Assembly: GCA_964496815.1 (NCBI GenBank)
Contig: CAZCAO010000002.1
Coordinates: forward strand, 6,265-70,264
DNA: 64,000 nt
Reading direction: 5' to 3'
DNA from: an uncultured Candidatus Saccharibacteria bacterium
GTDB lineage: Bacteria > Patescibacteriota > Saccharimonadia > CAILAD01 > JADZBC01
This document shows, piece after piece, positions 10,816-17,826 of the stretch; position 1 is the first letter of the stretch; the number at the start of each line of letters is the position of its first letter. A model generated the notes under the pieces. It ran no database searches. It worked only from the letters and a program-made list of their open reading frames with translations, and was not told the DNA's origin. The position numbers and the translations under genes are program-made.

Positions 10816-11079
10816 CTAAAGTGTAATCGCAATTGTTAAGCCAATGCCAGTGAATACAAGCCCAAGAAGCGCCCCGACTACCAAGAGCGCATATTCAATC
10901 TTTCGATCAATCCTAAGTGCATCTACCTTAGAGAATATAAAGCCCAAGATTACCCCAATCGGTACCACCCGGTGCCCATTCACCGATATCCATGTAAGCC
11001 CCAAGATGAGGTAAAGGCCTGCTTTTACCAAAAAGGCAAAATCAGACTCATAATATCGTTTACTAACTTTATTCTTCAT
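10816..11079 (-). CDS. hypothetical small membrane protein (2-3 TM segments)
   Basis: 87-aa hydrophobic ORF with a weak SD. No family recognised. Confidence 0.45.
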   Translation of the reverse strand: MKNKVSKRYYESDFAFLVKAGLYLILGLTWISVNGHRVVPIGVILGFIFSKVDALRIDRKIEYALLVVGALLGLVFTGIGLTIAITL

Positions 11080-11129
11080 TACTCTATTTAAGCATAAAAA
11101 CTATTTTGAGTCGAAGAAAAAATTGCCCT

Positions 11130-11672
11130 GAAACGGAAGAAGACCCTGAACAGAGTTCAAGGTCTTGTATGGGTGCGGCGGGGTGGCCCGGAGGCCACCC
11201 CGCCGACCTGCGCCATCCCAGGCGGCGGATCCCGGGAGGCGTCGTGCGCGGGGTGGGAGGCGGACCCACCCTACGCGACTGAGGGGGCGGGGCCCTCAGC
11301 ATGTGGCCGACTGCTTAGCAGACGGCGCGTAGCTCAGAGAACAATACTGGCAGCAAGCTGCAAGCGTAAATTCTCTGGCGACACCAGGAAGCAGTGGCCC
11401 TCAGGCCGTGGCTTTCGGTGTCATCCGACCTTACAGGACGTTGTAGTATGCTAGGAGAAACGGTGGCGTAACCGGAGAACCGGTGGACGCGCGCTCTTCC
11501 CTGCAGACTACTGCCCCTTTTGTGACCGAAGTCCCAATGAGGTCGGATTGCAATTCAATGGACTATATCTGAAGTAGTTGGCCCATACAATCAACCCTCG
11601 ATTTATCAAGAGCTGGTTGTATGGACCGAAGTCCACAAATATAAGGTGCAATTTGGCGCAAACCAAACTTAG
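11130..11672 (-). ncRNA. unclassified GC-rich structured RNA candidate
   Basis: At least 9 hairpins. Three have C(UNCG)G tetraloops only on the minus strand. There is a promoter-like site at 11679-11707 and a terminal hairpin at 11140-11166. No SD-led ORF is present. Confidence 0.45.
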
Positions 11673-11678
11673 ATACAC

Positions 11679-11707
11679 ACATTAACACAGCAAACTTCCT
11701 TTGTCTA
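11679..11707 (-). promoter_or_regulatory. candidate promoter of the structured RNA
   Basis: The minus strand reads TAGACA-17 nt (ending TGT)-TAATGT, an extended -10 type. Confidence 0.35.
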
Positions 11708-11728
11708 GCCTTTTTGTCAACAAAATTA

Positions 11729-11757
11729 TTGACCTCTCAAACTATCTGTAGTATGAT
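11729..11757 (+). promoter_or_regulatory. sigma70-like promoter of ORF A1
   Basis: TTGACC-17 nt-TATGAT. It is back-to-back with the minus-strand promoter across the inverted repeat TTTTGT-ca-ACAAAA (11712-11725). Confidence 0.55.
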
Positions 11758-11806
11758 TTGTGCACATTAGGGCATAGCCTTAAGCACTTTGCAAACTTTT
11801 TGAAAT

Positions 11807-11852
11807 TGTGGCCGGTGAATTGCAGATACAGTCTGCGGCTCACCGAGCCACA
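11807..11852 (+). promoter_or_regulatory. long imperfect hairpin in the A1 5' leader
   Basis: Pairing is TGTGGC/GCCACA plus CGGTGA/TCACCG plus GCAG/CTGC, with the loop ATACAGT. It ends 10 nt before the AGGAGG SD. Confidence 0.4.
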
Positions 11853-11874
11853 AACTTCGAAAGGAGGTTCGGTC

Positions 11875-12189
11875 ATGGTTGAGTTCCAACCCCTAGCATT
11901 CAGCCTCCACAGAATGGGGGAACGCCTCGAACTGAGCATTCCCAACCGTCCCTCCTACGACCTTACCTGGGTCGAGCGAGCAATGGCAGGAATCACCCCT
12001 GCACCGTCTGTGAGTCAACAGTCGGGAGAGAAGAGTCCCATCTTCATCCTGACGCTCCCCTCTCCCACGAGAGAAGACCTCGAGGCTCTGCGCCTCAAGG
12101 TTCGAGCGAGGCTCCAGGAGATCTCGGATCAGCGACCCGCGTTCGAGCCTCCCTACCCCAAAGGAAAGCCTTTCGCACATACCGCCTGA
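11875..12189 (+). CDS. hypothetical protein A1 (104 aa), no recognised family
   Basis: The ATG is preceded by AAAGGAGG with 8-nt spacing. Codons are GC3-rich. The stop lies inside a terminator stem. Confidence 0.6.
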   Translation: MVEFQPLAFSLHRMGERLELSIPNRPSYDLTWVERAMAGITPAPSVSQQSGEKSPIFILTLPSPTREDLEALRLKVRARLQEISDQRPAFEPPYPKGKPFAHTA

Positions 12190-12210
12190 CCCCTTCATCG
12201 GGGTCAGGCG
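12183..12210 (+). terminator. GC-rich hairpin after A1
   Basis: An 11-bp perfect stem CGCCTGACCCC/GGGGTCAGGCG with a 6-nt loop. The U-run is weak. Confidence 0.5.
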
Positions 12211-12254
12211 GGCGGACCAAAGCTATTAAGCGATTAATGTCTTTGTTCTGCCTC

Positions 12255-12293
12255 ATTAATAAAGCACCCGTTTAAATTGGGTGCTTTATTAAT
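12255..12293. terminator. AT-rich 15-bp hairpin between convergent A1 and A2
   Basis: ATTAATAAAGCACCC-9 nt-GGGTGCTTTATTAAT. Its composition looks native, and its core resembles the hairpin at 33373-33414. Confidence 0.5.
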
Positions 12294-12311
12294 TCTCTGA
12301 GTAAAGACATG

Positions 12312-12338
12312 GCCCGCCCGAGACAACCCCGGGCGGGC
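12312..12338 (-). terminator. GC-rich hairpin after A2
   Basis: A 9-bp stem GCCCGCCCG/CGGGCGGGC with a 9-nt loop, 25 nt downstream of the A2 stop on the minus strand. Confidence 0.45.
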
Positions 12339-12362
12339 ATTGCGAACACTAAAAAACTACGG

Positions 12363-12671
12363 CTACTGGTCCGAGAACTCAACACGAACGTCGCTGGCAT
12401 CTTCGATCCTCGGATCCCGGAGGTGCTGCTTAAACCTCGTCTTGATGAGCTCACGCAGTTCAGGGTCTCGTGGAGCAAACCTTACCACGACCTTCCACTT
12501 GATCCTCTTCGGCATAGCCCCGGCGGGCATGAGTTTGACCTGTTTTACTTGCAGTCGTGACTCACCGTTCAGGAGGGTCTTCATGAGCCTTGTGTAGCTC
12601 TCCTGGGCCCCCTGGAGACCCCAGTTCTCAACATCTCGCTTAAGACGAGATGAGTGAATCGTGATTTCCAC
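12363..12671 (-). CDS. hypothetical basic protein A2 (102 aa), no recognised family
   Basis: GTG start with AGGAGA 7 nt upstream. The protein is Lys/Arg-rich and its codons lean GC3. Confidence 0.55.
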   Translation of the reverse strand: MEITIHSSRLKRDVENWGLQGAQESYTRLMKTLLNGESRLQVKQVKLMPAGAMPKRIKWKVVVRFAPRDPELRELIKTRFKQHLRDPRIEDASDVRVEFSDQ

Positions 12672-12699
12672 TGCTTACTCTCCTCGTCTAGGCGGATGT

Positions 12700-12728
12700 T
12701 ATACATACTTTAACATAAATCATGTCAA
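12700..12728 (-). promoter_or_regulatory. candidate promoter of A2
   Basis: The minus strand reads TTGACA followed by TATGTATAAC. The -10 register is ambiguous, with a 15-19 nt spacer. Confidence 0.4.
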
Positions 12729-12818
12729 TACACAAGTTCTAGACTCTTATGCTTGGCTCAAAGCATCACTATACGCTACTCTAAAGTTGTCACCCTGCGA
12801 CGACCAAAGGAGACAGTT

Positions 12819-13187
12819 GTGACACCCAAAGGAACGTTCCGCCTCTTTCGCATCGTCATCCAGGACGACAACGAACTGTGGCTGATCGAACTGCCGCCTG
12901 AGGACTCTGACACGATCGGGGACGTTAGCATCCTCGTGATGCTCTCAGGACTATTCAGCGATGAGCTCGACTACGACGAGGAGGCCTACCCAGAAGGCCC
13001 CATCATCATCTACGAGCCAGACGACGTGCCAACCGAGGACTTTCCAGAGGCCGATTCCTGCGCTTTTGTGGTCTGCCTAACCAGACAAGCAACCCTCGAA
13101 GACGCAGATCGCGTCCAAGAGTCGCTGCTCGCCTGGCTGAAGGCCAACAACGAGCAGGCGCAGATCGTCATCGAGAACCCCGTCTGA
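12819..13187 (+). CDS. hypothetical highly acidic protein A3 (122 aa), no recognised family
   Basis: GTG start 5 nt after AAAGGAGA. GC3 is 37/50 in the first 50 codons (hand count). The protein has about 28 Asp/Glu versus about 6 Lys/Arg (hand count). Confidence 0.65.
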   Translation: MTPKGTFRLFRIVIQDDNELWLIELPPEDSDTIGDVSILVMLSGLFSDELDYDEEAYPEGPIIIYEPDDVPTEDFPEADSCAFVVCLTRQATLEDADRVQESLLAWLKANNEQAQIVIENPV

Positions 13188-13193
13188 TAACCG

Positions 13194-13226
13194 CTCCTCC
13201 CTACACCCTATGGTTGCTGGGAGGAG
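13194..13226 (+). terminator. hairpin after A3
   Basis: An 8-bp stem CTCCTCCC/GGGAGGAG with a 17-nt loop and no U-run. Confidence 0.3.
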
Positions 13227-13295
13227 GCCCAGCCCGAGCGCACCATCCCGAGATGCGTTGAGGCTGCGTCAGAAGCCTAGAACGACATACCTACC

Positions 13296-13332
13296 AATCT
13301 AAAAACCCCTCATTAAGAGGGGCTTTTAGATT
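13296..13332 (-). terminator. rho-independent terminator after rpsJ
   Basis: The minus strand reads AATCTAAAAGCCCCTC-TTAAT-GAGGGGTTTTTAGATT, a stem with a U-run 20 nt after the rpsJ stop. Confidence 0.7.
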
Positions 13333-13352
13333 CACACTAGGTCTCTAGCAAA

Positions 13353-13673
13353 CTACATTTTAATTTCGATATCCACACCGGCTGGAAGATTAAGATTCAT
13401 AAGTGAATCAATCGTCTTCGGAGTTGGTTCAGTAATATCGATTAAACGTTTGTGTGTCCGCATCTCGAACTGTTCACGAGCGTCTTTGAACACATGTGGG
13501 CTCGATAGAACCGTGAATTTGTTCTTGTCAGTTGGTAGTGGTACTGGGCCCACTACCTGAGCACCGGTGCGCACGGCAGTATCCAAAATCTGCTTAGCAG
13601 ACTGGTCGATAATCTTACTGTCGTACGCCTTGAGGCGAATGCGGATACGTTGTTTGTTTGCTTGTTCTGGCAT
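13353..13673 (-). CDS. rpsJ: 30S ribosomal protein S10
   Basis: [11 protein letters not shown]...GPVPLPT motifs. Confidence 0.95.
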   Translation of the reverse strand: MPEQANKQRIRIRLKAYDSKIIDQSAKQILDTAVRTGAQVVGPVPLPTDKNKFTVLSSPHVFKDAREQFEMRTHKRLIDITEPTPKTIDSLMNLNLPAGVDIEIKM

Positions 13674-13697
13674 GTGAAGGTTCCGTTATAGTCCTGG

Positions 13698-14882
13698 TTA
13701 CTTGTTAATCTTTGTTACAACACCAGCGCCTACGGTTCGGCCACCTTCACGAATTGCGAAGCGGAGACCTTCTTCCATGGCGATTGGAGCGATAAGCTTA
13801 ACTTTCATTTTAATGTTATCGCCTGGCATAACCATCTCTACGCCGTCTGGCAATGTAACTTCACCGGTTACGTCGGTTGTTCGGATGTAGAACTGAGGCT
13901 TGTAGCCCTTGAAGAATGGAGTATGGCGACCGCCCTCTTCCTTCTTAAGAACGTATACTTCAGAATCAAACTCGGTGTGAGGAGTAATTGAACCTGGCTT
14001 GGCCAAAACCTGACCTCGCTCAATGTCGGTTCGTTCAATACCACGTAAGAGCAAGCCTACGTTATCACCAGCACGACCTTCGTCGAGAAGCTTCTTGAAC
14101 ATCTCTACACCAGTTACCGTAGTTTTCTTGGTGTCATGCAAACCAACGATTTCTACTTCTTCACCAACGTTTACGATACCCTGTTCGATTCGTCCGGTAG
14201 CTACCGTACCACGACCTTTGATCGAGAATACGTCTTCGATTGGCATAAGGAAAGGCTTATCGATTTCGCGCTTTGGCTCTGGAATACTTTCATCCATTGC
14301 CTTCACAAGCTCCATAATAGAGTCTTCAGCAGCAGCGTCACCTTCGAGAGCTTTGAGAGCAGAGCCCTTGATGATAGGAGCGTTTTCGTCGTAACCGTTC
14401 TTTTCAAGAAGTTCGCGGATTTCGATTTCAACAAGCTCTGCAAGCTCTGGGTCTGCCATGTCCATCTTGTTCATATAGACAAGAATGTATGGTACACCAA
14501 CCTGGCGAGCCAAGAGAACGTGCTCGCGGGTCTGTGGCATTGGGCCGTCAGCAGCAGATACTACCAATACAGCGCCATCAATCTGAGCAGCACCAGTAAT
14601 CATGTTCTTAACGTAGTCAGCATGACCAGGCATATCTACGTGAGCGTAGTGTCGCTTTTCACTTTCGTATTCCTGATGAGAAGTTGCGATAGTAATACCA
14701 CGCTCCCGCTCTTCTGGGGCTTTGTCGATTTCATCGTAGTTAATTGGCTTGTTTACTGCGCTAGGAAGCTTCTTAGCCAATACATGAGTAATCGCAGCGG
14801 TAAGAGTTGTCTTACCGTGATCTACGTGACCCATAGTACCGACGTTTACGTGCGGCTTACTGCGGTCGAATTGTTCTGCCAT
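13698..14882 (-). CDS. tuf: elongation factor Tu
   Basis: Trimmed to the Met preceded by AGGAGA ([26 protein letters not shown]). Confidence 0.95.
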   Translation of the reverse strand: MAEQFDRSKPHVNVGTMGHVDHGKTTLTAAITHVLAKKLPSAVNKPINYDEIDKAPEERERGITIATSHQEYESEKRHYAHVDMPGHADYVKNMITGAAQIDGAVLVVSAADGPMPQTREHVLLARQVGVPYILVYMNKMDMADPELAELVEIEIRELLEKNGYDENAPIIKGSALKALEGDAAAEDSIMELVKAMDESIPEPKREIDKPFLMPIEDVFSIKGRGTVATGRIEQGIVNVGEEVEIVGLHDTKKTTVTGVEMFKKLLDEGRAGDNVGLLLRGIERTDIERGQVLAKPGSITPHTEFDSEVYVLKKEEGGRHTPFFKGYKPQFYIRTTDVTGEVTLPDGVEMVMPGDNIKMKVKLIAPIAMEEGLRFAIREGGRTVGAGVVTKINK

Positions 14883-14964
14883 ATATTCTCCTTGTTGAAC
14901 GTTGTTAAGTTTATAAGCGCTTAGCAAAGACACATAAAAATATGCCTAGGCCTTAGACTTTTCG

Positions 14965-14993
14965 ATTATAGGTAAAAACTGCCCTAATGTAAA
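14965..14993 (-). promoter_or_regulatory. sigma70-like promoter of tuf-rpsJ
   Basis: The minus strand reads TTTACA-17 nt-TATAAT, about 85 nt upstream of the tuf start. Confidence 0.55.
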
Positions 14994-15009
14994 GACTTTT
15001 AAAGCAGAA

Positions 15010-15033
15010 CGCCCCCGGCAAAAGCTAGGGGCG
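15010..15033 (-). terminator. hairpin closing insert B
   Basis: CGCCCC/GGGGCG stem plus an inner 3 bp. On the minus strand it is followed by GUUCUGCUUU. Confidence 0.4.
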
Positions 15034-15187
15034 CTGTGTGCATGGAGCCTGGACTCGGGATCTCCTCAGGCGGAGATGTCCAGGGCTTACCCATGACTAT
15101 AGCTGCTCCAGGCAGCCTGCGTCTCCCGAAATCTCGTAACACCTGTGAGGTGTTAGCACGAGACACGACGCGCGTACGTAGAGACCA

Positions 15188-15439
15188 TTACGTACACCAC
15201 CCACAATTTGGTTCCTTACGGGCCTTAAGAAGATCTCTGACCCCGATGATACGAACCGTCCAGATGCCTCCGGACTCCTGATTTCTCAGGACATGTGGTG
15301 TTGCAATACAGCCTAACTTCTTCACTTGATCAACTTCGGCGCTGGCCTGAAGCAGCCATGAAGTGAGTTCACGCGGCGGCGCGGAACGATGAAGATTTTT
15401 GGTAGAACAGGTGATGTGCTGCAGCACGCCTGCTTTCAT
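15188..15439 (-). CDS. doubtful 83-aa ORF in insert B
   Basis: The only ORF of 60 aa or more that lies mostly clear of the 3' hairpin cluster (its stop overlaps 15174-15195). It has no convincing SD, mixed codon bias and no recognised family. Confidence 0.25.
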   Translation of the reverse strand: MKAGVLQHITCSTKNLHRSAPPRELTSWLLQASAEVDQVKKLGCIATPHVLRNQESGGIWTVRIIGVRDLLKARKEPNCGWCT

Positions 15440-15540
15440 TGCTTCTACCGAGTCTCAACTAACCCAGCTCCACAACTACCACCTACTATTAGGCTATTTG
15501 CAAGAAAGATCCTATCGATCTCAGAACAAATCATAACCTA

Positions 15541-15577
15541 ACAAAGAGCCTTTGTCAATCTGACAAAGGCTCTTTGT
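15541..15577 (-). terminator. terminator after fusA
   Basis: A perfect 17-bp inverted repeat ACAAAGAGCCTTTGTCA-atc-TGACAAAGGCTCTTTGT, 20 nt after the fusA stop. Confidence 0.7.
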
Positions 15578-15597
15578 GTCTTAGTAGCGAAGGGTGT

Positions 15598-17706
15598 TTA
15601 TCGACCCTCTTCGACGGCCGCCTGGCGCTTGCCAATCAGCTCGTCGGCGACGTTTCGTGGCACCTCGGCGTAGTGATCAAACTCCATGGCATAACTGGCG
15701 CGTCCTTGGGTCATGGAACGCAAACTCGTAGCATACCCAAACATACCTGATAGCGGTACGAACGAGCTGATAATCTTAGCTCCGCTGCGATCTTCCATCT
15801 TTTCAACACGACCACGCTTGGCGTTGATGTCGCCAATCACATCGCCCATGAAGTCTTCCGGGGTCGTAATCTCTACTCGCATAACAGGCTCGAGAATTAC
15901 TGGATCGGCCTGGCGGACACCAGCCTGCAGGGCCATAGAGCCAGCAATTTTGAAGGCGAGCTCCGAGGAGTCTACATCATGATAGCTACCATCATATAGC
16001 TTGGCGTGAATATCGACCACTGGATAGCCGGCCAGAACACCATTACCCATAGCTTCACGAATGCCTTCCTCGACCGGCTTAATATACTCACGTGGGACTG
16101 CACCGCCAACGATGGCATTTTCAAACTCAAAGGTTTTGCGTTCTTCATCTTCCTCAGAATGCACTAATGGACTTAGCTCAAGCCAGACATGACCATACTG
16201 ACCGCGACCACCTGACTGACGAACGAATTTGCCCTCAATCTGAGTTGTTTTGCGAATTGTTTCACGATAAGCCACCTGCGGTCGGCCGACGTTTGCTTCA
16301 ACCTTGAATTCTCGCTTCATACGATCAACAATCACATCAAGATGCAGCTCACCCATACCATCAATGATGGTCTGCCCGCTGTCTTCATCTGAATGAACGC
16401 GGAATGTTGGGTCTTCTTCGGCCAAACGAGACAGTGCTATGCCCATCTTTTCTTGGTCGGCCTTGGTCTTTGGTTCAATTGCAATCGAAATTACTGGCTC
16501 TGGGAAGGTAATCGACTCAAGCATAACCGGATGAGCCGGATCGCAAATGGTATGGCCAGTTATGGTGTTCTTGAGTCCAACTGCAGCGGCAATCTCACCG
16601 GCATAAACTTCATTCACTTCCTCGCGGTTATTGGCATGCATACGCACAATTCGACCGACGCGCTCTTTTTCCCCCGTAGAGGCATTGAGGATGTAGCTTC
16701 CGCTCTTCAAAACCCCAGAATAGACGCGGAAGAAAGCTAGTTTACCTACGAATGGATCGGTAGCAATCTTGAACGCGAGACCAGCAAATGGCGCAGTGTC
16801 GCTCACTTCGAGAAGTTTGTCCTCGCCAGTTTTGATGTCTTTGCCAAGCGGAGCAGTGATATCGAGCGGATTAGGCAAATAGTCCACTACTGCATCTAGA
16901 AGCTTCTCAACAATCACACCGCGTCCATCACCACCGGAAACAACGTAAAACTGTCCACTCAATACTGATTTGCGAATTGCGGTCTTTACTTCTTCAAGGC
17001 TAAGTTCTTTGCCTTCAAGGTATTTCTCCATAATTTCATCATCACTCTCCACCGCTGCCTCTACGAGATGCTGACGATAGTGAGCGACCTTTTCCTTCAT
17101 GTCTTCAGGAATGTCGATTTCTTTTAGTTCTTTGTCGGTATAATCCTTATACTCATAGGCCTTCATCTCTACAAGATCGATCAAGCCATTAATGCCCTGC
17201 TCAAAACCAATCGGGAGATGAATCGGATAAGCTCGCTTGCTTAGGCGTTCATGAATAGAGTCGAGTGATTTATAAAAATCACCGCCAGTTTGATTGATCT
17301 TGTTAATAAAGCAAATTCGAGGCACGCCATATTTGTCGGCTTGTCGCCACACCGTCTCACTCTGTGGCTCTACACCCATCTTGCCATCGAATACCGTCAC
17401 CGCGCCGTCTAGGACACGAAGTGATCGCTCAACTTCAACAGTAAAGTCGATATGCCCTGGCGTATCAATGATATTGATACGCTTTTCTTTCCAGAAACAC
17501 GTGGTGGCTGCTGAGGTAATCGTAATACCGCGCTCCTGCTCTTGCTCCATCCAGTCCATAGTTGCAGCACCTTCATGCACTTCACCAATCTTATGAACCC
17601 TACCGGTGCGGTAAAGGATACCTTCGGTTACGGTAGTTTTGCCTGCATCGATGTGGGCAATGATACCGATATTACGTGTATTTTCTAGTGAGTATTCGCG
17701 AGCCAT
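15598..17706 (-). CDS. fusA: elongation factor G
   Basis: 702-aa protein with the [10 protein letters not shown]-domain and an EF-G domain sequence. Confidence 0.95.
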   Translation of the reverse strand: MAREYSLENTRNIGIIAHIDAGKTTVTEGILYRTGRVHKIGEVHEGAATMDWMEQEQERGITITSAATTCFWKEKRINIIDTPGHIDFTVEVERSLRVLDGAVTVFDGKMGVEPQSETVWRQADKYGVPRICFINKINQTGGDFYKSLDSIHERLSKRAYPIHLPIGFEQGINGLIDLVEMKAYEYKDYTDKELKEIDIPEDMKEKVAHYRQHLVEAAVESDDEIMEKYLEGKELSLEEVKTAIRKSVLSGQFYVVSGGDGRGVIVEKLLDAVVDYLPNPLDITAPLGKDIKTGEDKLLEVSDTAPFAGLAFKIATDPFVGKLAFFRVYSGVLKSGSYILNASTGEKERVGRIVRMHANNREEVNEVYAGEIAAAVGLKNTITGHTICDPAHPVMLESITFPEPVISIAIEPKTKADQEKMGIALSRLAEEDPTFRVHSDEDSGQTIIDGMGELHLDVIVDRMKREFKVEANVGRPQVAYRETIRKTTQIEGKFVRQSGGRGQYGHVWLELSPLVHSEEDEERKTFEFENAIVGGAVPREYIKPVEEGIREAMGNGVLAGYPVVDIHAKLYDGSYHDVDSSELAFKIAGSMALQAGVRQADPVILEPVMRVEITTPEDFMGDVIGDINAKRGRVEKMEDRSGAKIISSFVPLSGMFGYATSLRSMTQGRASYAMEFDHYAEVPRNVADELIGKRQAAVEEGR

Positions 17707-17779
17707 AAAATCATTGGTTCCTTTAGATAGTTAGTAAACAAAAAAGCCGGTTGGATTTGCCGTGCTTTATTCCTAGGTA

Positions 17780-17808
17780 ATTATAGTGAATTAACTTCGT
17801 TTTATCAA
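17780..17808 (-). promoter_or_regulatory. sigma70-like promoter of fusA
   Basis: The minus strand reads TTGATA-17 nt-TATAAT, about 75 nt upstream of the fusA start. Confidence 0.6.
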
Positions 17809-17826
17809 GTAGGCCGATGGTCTCAA

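Larger units (their letters stand above)
11084..13295. other. compositionally foreign insert A between rpsJ and rplC (structured-RNA block plus three orphan ORF cassettes)
   Basis: Hand counts give 45/60 and 47/60 G+C in 11161-11280, versus 28-30/60 in 10861-10980. The ORFs are GC3-rich. The insert is bounded by the rpsJ terminator and native-looking AT-richer DNA. Confidence 0.7.
14995..15535. other. foreign-looking insert B between fusA and tuf
   Basis: A GC-richer, hairpin-dense block bracketed by the fusA terminator and the tuf promoter. Confidence 0.55.

Noticed and set aside
11226-11238. Adjacent BamHI/SmaI sites (GGATCCCGGG), which suggest a cloning-vector polylinker.
   Set aside because: The string is not the pUC-type sequence (CCCGGGGATCC). 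No other polylinker sites follow it. Palindromic GC hexamers are expected in 75% G+C sequence.
11380-11400. SRP-RNA-like GGAAGCAG motif.
   Set aside because: There is no matching 5' strand, no GNRA-capped helix 8 and no flanking complementarity. I judge it a chance match.
11084-11454. Track ORFs 11173..11454 (+, 93 aa) and 11084..11302 (-, 72 aa) in the 75% G+C block.
   Set aside because: Their Pro/Arg/Gly-rich translations are typical of random GC-rich frames. They have no SD. Both run straight through perfect hairpins, so I interpret the region as RNA or non-coding.
11519-11680. RNase P RNA-like strings (CCGAAGUCC twice, AAGGUGCAA) on the plus strand.
   Set aside because: They only loosely resemble the GAGGAAAGUCC P4 strand. 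I found no ACAGAAnnCGGCUUA partner and no GGUAA/GUGAAA modules. The same sequences form cUUCGg hairpins on the opposite strand.
12255-12293. Possible dispersed repeat: the hairpins at 12255-93 and 33373-414 share AAAGCACC...ATTGGGTGCTTT.
   Set aside because: There are only two copies. The shared words of 8 and 12 nt are within chance expectation for a 64-kb window. I keep them as ordinary terminator-like hairpins unless more copies appear genome-wide.
14136-14924. 262-aa ORF antisense to tuf, and similar long antisense or alternate-frame ORFs inside secY, rpoB, rpoC, clpC, dnaE and gatB.
   Set aside because: They lie wholly within confidently identified conserved genes. Their composition is low-complexity or implausible, and they have no independent signals.
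15028-15480. tmRNA-like 5' end (GGGGCGCUG...GGACUCGGGAU) and a CAGCUCCACAA string in insert B.
   Set aside because: There is no T-arm (GGUUCGA), no 3' CCA and no acceptor pairing. The GGGGCG pairs locally with the upstream CGCCCC. No Ala-rich tag frame ending in a stop is present.
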